Shown: positions 25,778 through 38,037 of the stretch, piece after piece | Layout of the letters: each line of letters begins with the position of its first letter | How positions within the stretch are numbered: the first letter of the stretch is position 1 | NCBI GenBank assembly: GCA_964304625.1 | Contig: OZ199838.1 | Span: forward strand, 5,281,145-5,345,144 | Source: Kudoa neothunni | Taxonomy: Eukaryota > Animalia > Cnidaria | Direction: 5' to 3' | Length of the DNA stretch: 64,000 nt | Made by a program: the position numbers and the translations under genes | The notes under the pieces: model-generated | Told to the model about the DNA's origin: nothing | What the model saw: the letters and a program-made list of their open reading frames with translations, nothing else | Databases searched by the model: none

Positions 25778-28700
25778 ATGAGAGAAATTATTCACATTCA
25801 AGCTGGTCAATGCGGAAACCAAATCGGTTCTAAAGTAACTGTTATTTCGATTTCTTCTTCACTTTAAAATGAACGTTTGTTAAAAATATTATTCCAATGG
25901 TTATCTAGTTTTGGGAGGCTGTCCTATCGGAACATGGCATAAATTATGATGGTTTATATGAAGGAAAAAGCCGAACACAGAAGGAGCGTTTATCCGTTTA
26001 TTTTTCTGAGGCTGTAGGTACGTACAATGGTTTATTTTTGCTATATCTCAGATTACTGTATGAATATATTTTTCTTTAGCCAACCATTATGTGCCAAGAT
26101 CAATCAATGTGGATTTGGAACCAGGCTGCCTCGAGTCAATAAGAAACGGAAAATTGGGTCAAGTGTTTAGACCGGACAACTTTGTCAACGCTGGAACTGG
26201 AGCTGGAAACAACTGGGCAAAAGGATTCTACACCGAAGGAGCCGAACTTGTTGAGAGTGTCATTGATGTGATAAGAAAAGAAGCCGAAAACTGTGACTGT
26301 CTTCAAGGTTTCCAATTGACTCACTCTCTTGGTGGTGGTACTGGTAGCGGTTTTGGAACATTGTTGGTGTCAAAGATCCACGAGGAGTACCCTGATAGAA
26401 TAATGAGTTCATTTTCTATTCTTCCTTCACCTAAGGTAATATTCATCTTGATCAAATTCGACTACTTGACAAACACTACAATATAACAACATTTTGATAA
26501 AGTTTTATGATGAGTGATAATTATGAGGTAAAATTTGAATGGGTTTACACGAAAATTATGATCGTCACATGGCATAATATCAATCGGAATTATTCCCAAA
26601 ACCTATTCGAATCTAAACCCATATCTATAATTCGTAAAGATTAACACCTAACTAATAGAAAACTATTCGTCACAGTTAAACTAGTATACAGTTTAAAACG
26701 TTTTTATAAATTTACTTTTGTATTTTTGTTAATTTTATCGTATATTTTTTTAAATTCATTAAAGAGAATTTTTGATTAAATGGCCGTGTTTATTAACCCA
26801 TTAAGGTTTGTTGGATCCTTTTGAGCCCCTGTTTAGGTGCCGTCTATAGAATTTAATATTGCGACTATTAACTAGTTAATTTCCATATAAATATATATGT
26901 GGTTCTATTATTTAAAAATGATTTGTAAAGTTAGTTATGAATTCTAAACATTTTAATTTACATCTCTTTTCATCGGCCAGTACAGTTGCGTATAATAGAA
27001 CCATAACATAGGCTATACATCCGAAAAAATTTTTAATTTTTATTTGTTCTCTTAAAACATATTGCCATTTAACCGTCTAAGTACCTGTAATAGAAAATAA
27101 TACATAAATACCAGTTAATATTCACGTTACAATAGTGGACCGAAAAGGGAACGATAAACCCTCGAGACATGCAGATGCTAAGTGGGGTTAACATGGCTGA
27201 CATTACTGAGTACATTAAACTAAGTGAAGCAATCTGTGAACTTAACGAAGATACTTTTGAAGAAGTTCCAGATATTGTAGCGCTTCCTCCAGATAATGTT
27301 GACGCCCTTACTGACTTGGAAGATAACTTATTTCCCATACAAGATAATATATTGGAAAATGACGACATCCCCGATGTTTCTGGGCGTGTCCAATTGTTTA
27401 AACTTCAAAAGCTAGAAACCAAAAGTGTTGTCAAATACAGTAATGTTAAATGGGAAAAGGTTTTACCAACCAATTCCTCCGAAATAGTTAATAAATCTAT
27501 CTCGAAACCCTTGATAGACGACGCATATAAAGGTAGATATCTTTCAAAATTAATTTGTATGATTTTTAGGTTCATTTGAAACGTTCAAAAAATTTTTGGA
27601 TGACAGCGTTCTGTTGCACATTGTAAAACAGTCGAATTTGTATGCTCGACAGAAGAATAACCACTCTTTCAATCTAACTGTGTCTGATTGAAGACCTTCA
27701 TTGGGATTTTAATTCTCTCAGGTTATCATATTCTACCAAGCCAAAAAATATATTGGGAGACGAATGAAGATTCCGGAGTTACTATTGTAAAAAAAGCTAT
27801 GACACCTACAAGATTTAAAGAAATAAAAAGATATATCCATTTCAACAATAACGATTGTATCGATAAATCCGATAAGTTATTTAAGATCAGGCCTTTAGTA
27901 GAAAAACTAAACCAAAACTTCAAATCATTCGGGTTCTTTGAAAAAATTTTATCCATAGACGAACAAATGGTACCGTATTATGGAATGCATTCGGCCAAGA
28001 GGTTTCTAAAGGGCAAGCCTGTTCGATTCGGTTTTAAACTTTGGATAATGGCTAGCAAAGATGGTTACATTACAGTTTTAAAATCTATTGTGGAAAACAA
28101 GAAACTAATAAAACCTATGACGGCTTAGGTGAAAGTGTGGTAATGAATTTTGTCGAGGAAATTGGTGATACCTCTGAGGTTGAAGTTTACTTTGACAATT
28201 TTTTCTCTTCGTACAGATTATTTAAACTTCTACAAGAAAACAAAGTAAATGCTACCGGTACAATTAGACTGAACCGGACAAATCGATGTCCACTTCAGCC
28301 ACCAAAACAGTTTTCCAAATTGCCAAGGGGGTGCTTTTGAAGTTTATAGTGATAAACAGGGTGTTTTTTTGTGTTCAATGGAATGACACAAAACCAGTGA
28401 TACTGATGAGTAATTTTATGTCCTGTTTTCCTATTGGATCAGCTAAAAGATTCTCAAAAAAAGAAAAAAAATACATTAACATAACACAGCCAAAGATTGT
28501 TAGTGATTACAATGCGAATATGGGAGGTGTCGATCTAGCTGACAACGCGATTGCAAACTATGGAATCAAAATAAAGGATAAACAATGGTACTGGGCCATT
28601 ATTCACTAATCTTATTTCCATGTGTATCACCAATTCATAGAAAATAATACGCCATTTTAATGACCCTACAATAACATTGATTCAACAAGCACGCGAAATT

Positions 28701-30019
28701 GTTGCCAATCTAATAACTCCACAACGGGATTTAATTATGAGGAAGAGGTCTCGATTGCAGTTGAATATTTCAATGAATATGTGTTCTGGAGTCGTACTTG
28801 TGAGTGGTGCCAACAAAAGACGACTCAGATGTGTTGTGTGCCACAAGAAAACATACCTTTATTGGTGAGGGGTGTTCATCGAGACTTCATCTTAAATGTT
28901 CAAATACTTTTCATTCGGATAAATATATTTAAAAAAACTTGATTAATAAATTATATATTTGTGTTTTATTTTACGCATGCACTTTCTCGGGAGTTTATTG
29001 GGTCCTTTTTGGCCCTTCAGAAAATTTGTTGTGTATCTCTCAGCTTTGTCATAATTTTAAAAATTTAAGATTATTTAGGCATTTTTTGAAAAATACTTAA
29101 CAGATTATTTTTTTATAATTTTTAAATGGTAGAATTTTAATGGGTTAATGAGATCAATAAACGTTGCTTTTATAGGTGTCGGACACTGTGGTAGAACCCT
29201 ACAACGCAACACTTTCATTGCACCAACTTATTGAAAATACTGATGAGACTTACTGCATTGATAACGAGGCACTATATGATATTTGTAGCAGAACTCTCAA
29301 AATAAACAACCCAACATACTGCGACCTCCAACGCAATAGTTTCTCAAACAATGAGCGGCATTACTACATGTTTGCGTTTCCCCGGGCAGGTAAGATTAGA
29401 TCCTAAGAATAATCCACTTGATCGATGATTCTTACCTAAGTTGTCTTTATTATAGCTTAATGCCGATTTGAGAAAGCTTGCAGTGAACATGGTCCCCATT
29501 CCCCAAGACTACATTTCTTTATAACTTCTATTGCGCCACTCAACCAACCAAGCGAAAGTCAATACAGATCGCTAACTGTGAGTGAACTCACCCAACAACT
29601 ATTCGAATCTAAAAACACCATGGCTGCATGTGATCCACGCCTTGGAAAATATCTCACAGTGGCATCCATTTTCAGAGGAGCAATCTCGATGAAAGATGTA
29701 GAAGATCAAATGTTCAATTTCCAGAACAAAAACAGTTCTCTATTTGTCGAATGGATTCCAAACAACGTAAAGACTGCAGTCTGTGACATTGCTCCAGAAG
29801 GTTACCAAATCAGTGGAACTTTCATCGGGAAACAGCACTTCAGTTCAAGACCTTTTCAAGCGTATTGGTGATCAATTCATCGCCATGTACAACCGAAAAG
29901 CTTTTATGCATTGGTACACCGGTGAAGGTATGGACGATGGCGAATTCGCTGAAGCTTTCAACAACCTGAAAGATCTTATTCATGAATACCAACAATATCA
30001 AGAAGCTGAAGCTAACTAA
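25778..30019 (+). CDS. TUBB: Beta-tubulin (divergent; four apparent +1 frameshifts; no acidic tail), 5 exons
   Basis: [68 protein letters not shown]. Intron 26436-29175 contains a piggyBac. May be a pseudogene or carry assembly errors. Confidence 0.93.
26797..29144 (+). mobile_element. piggyBac (PGBD2/PGBD3-like) transposon inside beta-tubulin intron 3; transposase decayed
   Basis: TTAA TSD at 26793-26796 and 29145-29148; CCCATTAA termini; subterminal repeat TTGG(A/G)TCCTTTTTG. Motifs [40 protein letters not shown] and a C-terminal RCVVC. Confidence 0.95.
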
Positions 30020-30769
30020 GGTGAACCGTATCGTCGCTTAATTATATATTCGTAATCATCTACAACTATTCTAGTGAAATTGTTAGTTTTGAAGCTATTC
30101 ATTGTTATTTTTTGCTGGCTGCCTTAACGAGAGATCAATACAATTTGGAATATAAGTACAATATCGTAATTTATTATAAATAATTAATATAATCAAATTA
30201 TTATTATGATGATTTTCAAGACGTTTCTCAACTAGTTTTATTTTTGATATTTAACCTTTTCGAGTCCAGTGTATATTTGGAGAAGAAAGGAGAATTGGAA
30301 GTAGATATTGGCACGTGAAATAATATTCAGGTGCCGCTAGTTTTGTTAATATTTAATTATTGATGGCCTCTAACATCAATGCGGTGGGTCGGAAATAATT
30401 AAATATAGCGAATTCTAAAAAATTAAATCTTTAAACAACTTGTAAATAGGAGTTGGTGAGATTAAAAATTCCCACTGCGCAAGCGTACATGCCGTTTAAA
30501 TTTACATTATTGAGTAAGAGGAATATAAACATAAATGTTTATCTGAAAGAATTAGTTTTGATTTAATGGTGGACTTTCAAATTGTTTATTTAACAATGAA
30601 TAAAAGAGGAGCTCAAAATATGTAAAAAAATTTTAAAGTCCAAATTTCAACGCAAATAACTTTATTGTTAACTTACAAATGAAGTCTTCGATTAAAGTCA
30701 ATTCTGATCGATTCATGCCAACGAATTAGACTAGAATAACCGGCTAATGTTTGTTTAATCGAAAACGTT

Positions 30770-32400
30770 GATATTGGTCGAAAGGGCATGTTTGACAATG
30801 GATAGTTGATGGTGTGGATTGACTAATTGTTTGATGAAATAGGGTGATTAGAAACTATTGAATATTTACGATTCTGTAACCATTACAAAATAACGTTGCG
30901 GATGAAACAAACCCGGATACTAGAACATTTTAACTCGCAGTAATACATCTTTCAAATCCAATTCAAATGAAAACGATGTGAAACTGGTTAAAATAATGGT
31001 TTTTGATGGCTATACATTATTTTGATAAATAAAGAGAATAATTTAAAGAGATTCGTTCTGAATACTGTCTATTGTCAGAGTCATTATCTGATGAAAACCA
31101 CCTAATTGAAAAGCATCATCCCATTATATTTAAAGATTCCGTTAAATATAATAAACTATTGCAGGCCAATTTACGTTCCGGTTTAATAATTGATGAATAC
31201 GACGATGCGAAGAGTCGACGCATTCCCAATATTTTGACCTGTTTTTTACGACAGCTCTTAGATGGCCAAACAAATTATGCTCGCTTCAGCTCGAATCATT
31301 CAGTATAATGCTTCAATTGCTGCCAATCATGTATGTGGTATAATGAAACAATATGGTTTAAATTGGAATAATTGCGTTGCTGTGATTTCTGATTTGACTT
31401 AATATATTAAAAAATATTAGACAAATTTAAAGATTATTTATTGCCATATTGTACGAATTTCACGTTTATCACCTATCCATGGTGCTATTCAAAAGCAATT
31501 GATCTTTATTGTTGTGAAGAAATTTTGTATGAAACTATCACTGAAAGATAGAAAAACAATGTTGTTTTTCGTTCATCTCAAAAAATCGATCACGAAAAAA
31601 ATAAAAGAATCTCCAAGAATTTTTATATACGTCATTATAGTTTCTTTTATTGCTTAAGGCAAGTTGAAAAATATTATTTAGCAGTTGGCGATTTTTTAAA
31701 GAGCACTAAAAGTGAAAAATTTGTTGAGGGACTTAACGAATTTTTACAGGTACAATCGGATAGTCGTAATACGCTTTACTTCTCTATAAAATCTGTAATT
31801 TATGTCTTTACTCCATTGCTTGATTTCTCCCAAATGATAAAGGAAAATGAGAATTGTATATCGGGGATTGCAGATTGGATAAAAGGTGGCTTTAAAATCG
31901 AGAGAGATACTTTGATTAGAAAACAAAGAAGTTATTGACATTGTTCCATTTGAATCAAGAAACAATTTAATTTTTAGGTGTTGTAGTTTATATGATGCAA
32001 TATACGGAAAAATAAATCATTAAACACTAAAAAATTTGAGGTAAATTTTTTAACAGGCAAAATATGTTGATTCAGGCACTCCAATTACAATTGAAAAATT
32101 AGGTGTTTATCACCTGTTACTTTTAAACAGGGTAGAGATAAGATTTATCTTAAAAATGATTACAATGTCTTGTATAAAATGATCAAATATTTAACACAGC
32201 CATTCAATATTGAGTACTGAAATAAACTATTATTTGTTTTTCTAACTCTTTCGGGACTTTGTCAAGATATATTAACGCTACCAGTTTCCTTCATTGATAT
32301 TGAGTTGAGTTTCTCAAAATTACGATGTTTATTTGAAAAAATATCAATTTATGGGATAAGTCCCTTGTAATGCCTAAATAACCAACTTTAGCGGGGTATT
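30770..32400 (+). mobile_element. Heavily decayed hAT transposase, same family as 8970-10944
   Basis: Remnants KQTRILEHFNSQ, KSNSNENDVKLVKIMVFDG, LIIDEYDDAKSRRIPNILTCF and LPVSFIDIELSFSKL are collinear with the 9125-10817 protein. Confidence 0.8.
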
Positions 32401-32766
32401 ATAAATAATAATTAGAACTGCTCAATTTATGCTTTTTTTAATACAAGTCGATCAAACGGAATTCAAAAATTTTATTTCGATCGACGAAAACACCAATTTG
32501 TAAAAAAAAAATGAATAATGAAGATTTCCAATCCTATTTTTAAATCACTTTTACAAAATTCTTAATATGTAATAAGAATTCACTAATAAAAAATTAATCA
32601 ACATAAGACAACTTTGAATACGTACATAAATTTTTCTTGTTCAAAAAATATAAACAATTTCCTATTAGTTTTTGTTCATCAATCCAAAATCTAATTAAAG
32701 TATTTAACAAACTTTATTAAAAACTTAATTTAACCGCATAAAAAATATATAAACTAAAAACATATA

Positions 32767-33500
32767 CAGTAATGGATCGGTCTTACATAATCCCCTTGGA
32801 GATGAGTAAATTGTACGTATTACCTGTCCCGGCCGGATGGATAGTACGTATTTTTTTCGCAAGCGAACAAGAAATATTAAAACCCAAAACTAGCTATAAT
32901 ATAAATATTAATGAAAAGACAATTATTTTTTTTGTTTAAAAGTACGATTAAAAATGAATAAACATCTGGAATAGAATCAGACATTAACTCCCACTTTTTG
33001 GAGTCATGATGTTTAAAATAGTTGCCAAGCTCTTCAAAATAAAATAAGATCATCTCTGAATGGCTCAATTTTGTATCAATACAATAATTATCCGTTTCTG
33101 AATTATTGGGGAGGAATTGTCATTGCACCATTGTTATTTCTAGGAATTAGAGAGAACATCATTATAGACCACACTACCATGTGTCTACAACATGCGTCAA
33201 TGTTTATCCTTCATTTTTAACCTAGATACCACATTGGTATAACTATAAAAACTTACGAATTGTTTAATCGTTATAAAAAAAGAAAGAAAACGCTTAATTT
33301 AATCACGCGGTCAAAGAAAAACGATAGATACGACCGATCCTCACGTGACTCTTTGTTCTTCGCTTTTGCCTAATACTTATGCTTATAAATTATTTAAAGT
33401 GAGCAATAATAATATTAAATCATTTTTGAAATCCTTTCAAATACGAGAGAACGTTTTAATACGTAAAATAATTAATGTACGTACGACCGGTCCATTATTG
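32767..33500 (-). mobile_element. Internally deleted pogo/Tigger element
   Basis: Imperfect TIRs CA(G/A)TAATGGA(T/C)CGGTC(T/G)TAC(A/G)TA with TA flanks. ORF 32877-33068 resembles the Tigger C-terminus (LFYFEELGNYFKHH vs LIYLKELKIFYKFH). Confidence 0.75.
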
Positions 33501-36500
33501 TATATTCTATCTTAATATTTATGGAGTAGCCTATTTATTTGTTGTAAACGAAAAATATATGTTGATGAGTCGAAGTCTAGTACATTAAAGTGGGAATTAT
33601 TACAATCAGATAATAATCCATTAATTTTTCGCCAGATTATAGTGTGTATTTTAAATCTAATCTTGCCCTTATATAAAAAGTTTTATTTGTTTATTCGTCT
33701 GGGTTAGTTTCAAAATTCGTTCAATATAACTTTCATGAAAATGATTAAAGTCTGTTATTCGCAATTATCATCAGCTTAAAAGACCCCAGAGAGTGCGGAA
33801 TTCAACGCTTTATTATCCTCACCTCCACTCAACGTTAACACGCATATTAATTAGCTGATTATGTTGTATGTAACATTTTTTATCTTATTGGATATTCATT
33901 TTTCCACATGAGATTAACTACTCATTAAATTACAATTTCATCCAATAGCCATAATACTTTAAATATAATTTAAATATAAACAGTTAGTTTTACTATTTAT
34001 GTAATAAAATTCATGATACATCTAAATCGTCTGATTTAGGCTAATTTTTATTATTATTTGCAAATTAAATATTTAAAAGGGAAACTTCAAAGATCTGGCA
34101 AAAATAGCGTAATCTATCCTTTTGAATGACAAAATAATTCAAAGTAATATTGTAAGACTCATGTACTTCAACAACTGCTATGAAAAACGTTTGTTAATTC
34201 ACCAATCAGTAAAATTAATTTTTTTATTCCAGTGTCCAGAAGGCGAATAAAAGAAAATGATTCTTAATAATCAGACATTTTTTAAATATAATAGTTATAA
34301 GACCTCACAAATGAGCTATAAACAATCTACACCATCCAGAATCTTAGTACCATGTTTATTTAAAGTCTTCTAATTAGGTAAAATACGCCGGATCATTTTA
34401 AATGGGAATAATTTTAACATTAGAAAAAATAAGATCAAACAAAAAATCGTTTTTGTAGAGAAACGTCGAATCTAATTTATTTCTGTGAGCCTTATATAAA
34501 TCTGTAACGGATGACACGCGTCAACCGGATTTAGATTAGTGATATCTAGGTAGATTACTTTTCGAGTATATTTTATCATGGCTTCTCCTATCGACAGCGC
34601 AACTAACTCCACCGTTACAAAATCGAAATATTGAATTCAACAAAATATAGCTATAAATGAAATAACAAGAGGTTTTACTAGTTCAACGTTTTTCCTGCGC
34701 TTGCGCATGCAGTTTAAAAGGGTTGCGTAAGTTCCAGCCAATGCGTAACAATTATAAAGTGCCGAACTACGAATTTTGGAGATTATAACTCATACTGTAA
34801 TATTCTTCCTCGTATATCATCATTAATATATTCACATAAAATATTATTCATACACTCGATATTTTACGATGTGCCATGGTATAATTCATCAAATAAGAAC
34901 TCCTCCGGATATATCGATAATGATTGACGATATATTTTATACGACATAAAATTATTTATTTTTTATTGATATCACGAAAATTTCTTAAGCATTGAAGAGA
35001 AATCCGGTCGATTGACACGGATTAAAGCTGACAATTTATGATGTTAAAAACCAGATTGTAATAACCCATTAGAATTATTTTATTAGCTTTGATTGATTTA
35101 TTTTTACGATAAATTATTTATTTTTTACCTCTGTGAGAAAAATAACGAGAAAGTTATTTGGTGACTTCAAATGGACATTTCTGTTCAGTTATATAATCCC
35201 ATAAGCCGCCGGATATTCTCTTTTCGGTTGTCGTAACTTGGTCCAACCTAGTCGACAGAACGTATAATCAATAGAACAACGACAGAGGACGATTCCAAAA
35301 TGTTACATTAAGTTTGAAAGTGTATATATAAATATAAAGAGTAATATTATTGAGAGAAACGAATGGACTTAATAATCACCACTAAATTTGACCAGATTAT
35401 CTGAAAAATTACAACATTCCATGGTTGTTGATCCGAAATAAATTATATATTAAAAATCCGTCACTCATCGCCCATATTATTACATTAAATTATATATGAG
35501 TTACCAATATAAAGCTGTGTTGAAAACTGGGCATAAAAAATAATCCGCAAGGATTAATCAATAATTGGTGCTGTGCGGCATCAGCGTGAGTGTGGATAGT
35601 AGTGAGTTTGTGGTTAGCTGAATTTGTTAACAGAGGTGTAAATGGTTTTGAATTCATGGAAAAATTTCAAGAACTTTAAAAATATTCCACAGGACGATTC
35701 CCAATTGGATATCAACAAACCAGATACCACACAGTACGTGCAAGTTGGGCATCGACAACAATTTTTTAAGTTGAGTCATGCGAAAGAAATTTTCAAATCC
35801 TTCGATCGAAAGAAATATAATAAAATAGATGATAGGAAAATCACTGGAAAAGAAAATTCTAGCAAAAGTCGTCGGGAACAAGTTATTTAGATGTGAAATT
35901 CGCTGTTATATGATCGTGTAGTTTCAGAGAGTCAAATCTTTGGACGATAAATATTCATATGTTGTTGATGGAATCGAGTGGGAAGTTGATGCATCAATTT
36001 CAAAGAATGAAAAAACGGATCCATTTGCGCCGAATGTATTATTTGGCATTGTTTGTTTAAAGTTAATTTCAAAATAGAAACAAGGCGACAGTTTTGACGA
36101 TATTGCGGATTTCGAAAAGCCGAATTTTTGGAACAATAATGCCGCAGTTCCGTGGGATTCAATTCGAGACAATTCGAATAAATCATCTTCAAAATTTTAA
36201 TATCTCTTCTATAATTTATTATTTTGCATGTATTTTTGTAAATTGCTATATCACCTAACTTTTTTATTTGCAAGCTTTGTTCATTTTTTCCGCCGTTGAT
36301 TAATTTACTCGTTTTTTATTTATTTATTCATTATTTTTTTAGTGGAGATTCTATATAATTTTTATTAGGATTTAACGGAGATGTACTTAATGAAGAAGAC
36401 ACAACAATAACGTATTAAAATGATTGATGAGTGTAAAATTTTTATTACAGAATAAGAATTTTTCTAAATTAATTTTCATCCAATTCCAAATAAATCATCA

Positions 36501-36685
36501 TTATCAGTATACGTCCCAGTTAACTCTGGAATGGTTCTTACTAAGGGTCGTAAAAATTCAGTCGGGCCTTGTTTCAGCTATCGTGTTTCCCAAAAATAAA
36601 ACTCCAAGGTATTCTTGAGCTAGTTTTTAGTAAAGACCTGATAAAATACTCGAAATCTGGATATTTTGAATTATGTAACAAAATA

Positions 36686-37130
36686 GGCCGTGGTCAGATA
36701 GCACATCGGTGTGACACTCAGACTCAGAACCTTGAGGTAATGGGTTCGAATCCGCCAGTGATCAGGCTACTGCTTCCGTGTCGGTAGGTGTCTATCCCAT
36801 ATTTGGGAGCTGTGGTCAAAGCGTACATTCGCTGTGAAGTGGGGTGAGCGGGAATAGGAGTTTGAATCTCCGAAACCCATCGAAAGGCAAAGTAATTTGC
36901 AGTTCCCACAGATCCAGCGTCCTTAAAGGGATAGGGTTTGGGGTGGTGGTCGCCCTGAGACGAGGATGTTTAGTGGGTTAAAGTCCCACACTATCACATA
37001 AAGATAAGCGCCGGGGTTTCATGTTACGTCTTGCGGTGCCTAAAGCGTTAATGGAAGAGGTCTGACCAACCAGAATTCCACAACCTAATAAGTTGCGCCA
37101 AGGGTTTTACCTTGTAAACAAAAAAAAACA
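36686..37130 (+). mobile_element. tRNA-derived SINE
   Basis: GC-rich island with A-box-like TAGCACATCGG, B box GGTTCGAATCC, partial cloverleaf, a 3' stem-loop GTGGG-TTAAAGT-CCCAC and an A-rich tail. Confidence 0.8.
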
Positions 37131-38037
37131 AACCAAATAAGAGTTTCTAAAAAGAACTATATTATTCCAATTAATAATTGAGTTACTTGAACTTTTGTTC
37201 CTCTATTACATTAAAAAACGATTTGGTGCAATAAGATGATTTGTATGTTCCTATTACTGTAGTAAATGAACTCGTGAGGCGACCTTTGTGTTTAATTCTA
37301 GATGGAAGAGCTAACTCTGAAACAAATATAAATCAATAAATAACTTATGTGAAACCTGCAATCTGATTATTTATAACGATGACATAAGTAAACTTCTGAA
37401 ATATTGTTATTCTCAACATTGTCCCAACTTGTACTAGTGTCCATTACGCAAATATTATCACGTTAAAACACCCACGCGCCTTGGAGCATCATGGAATCAA
37501 AATGTATTTATAAATTAAATATTTGAAAACAAATATTACAATTTAAACGAAAATGTTACAAATAATTGTTTAATAACAGTTATTCGTGTGACAATATTAT
37601 TTTCATATAATCAAGTAATTTCATACTTAATTAACATTATCATATCCTTCAAATTTAAGAAATACTTATACCGTATTTATAATGGTATTAAATGTTACTT
37701 TAAGTGAAATAAAACTAAAGGAATGACCTGATTAATCCTAGCAACTCTCACTAACAGTCTGTACGCCTATTTAATTTTTATATAATCTGCCATATTTAAT
37801 CATTTCTAACGTATCGCTTCACTTTTAAGAACCAGAAATAATTAAATATAGTCAAAAGTAGTCACACCTGAATATCATTTATCTTGAAAATAGCCACTTT
37901 TTATATTTTAAGAAACCAAAATTTATTACTGATTAATAAATGAAAATTAGCATACTTAAAAAAATAAAAAATTAAGTTCAAATTTTGGAGATAAAAATGG
38001 GTGAATATATGAATAAATTTATTGATGAATAGAAAAC

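Noticed and set aside
36692-36763. Functional tRNA-Leu(CAG) gene
   Set aside because: Acceptor, anticodon and T stems have mismatches, there is no long variable arm or T-run terminator, and it continues into a SINE-like body.
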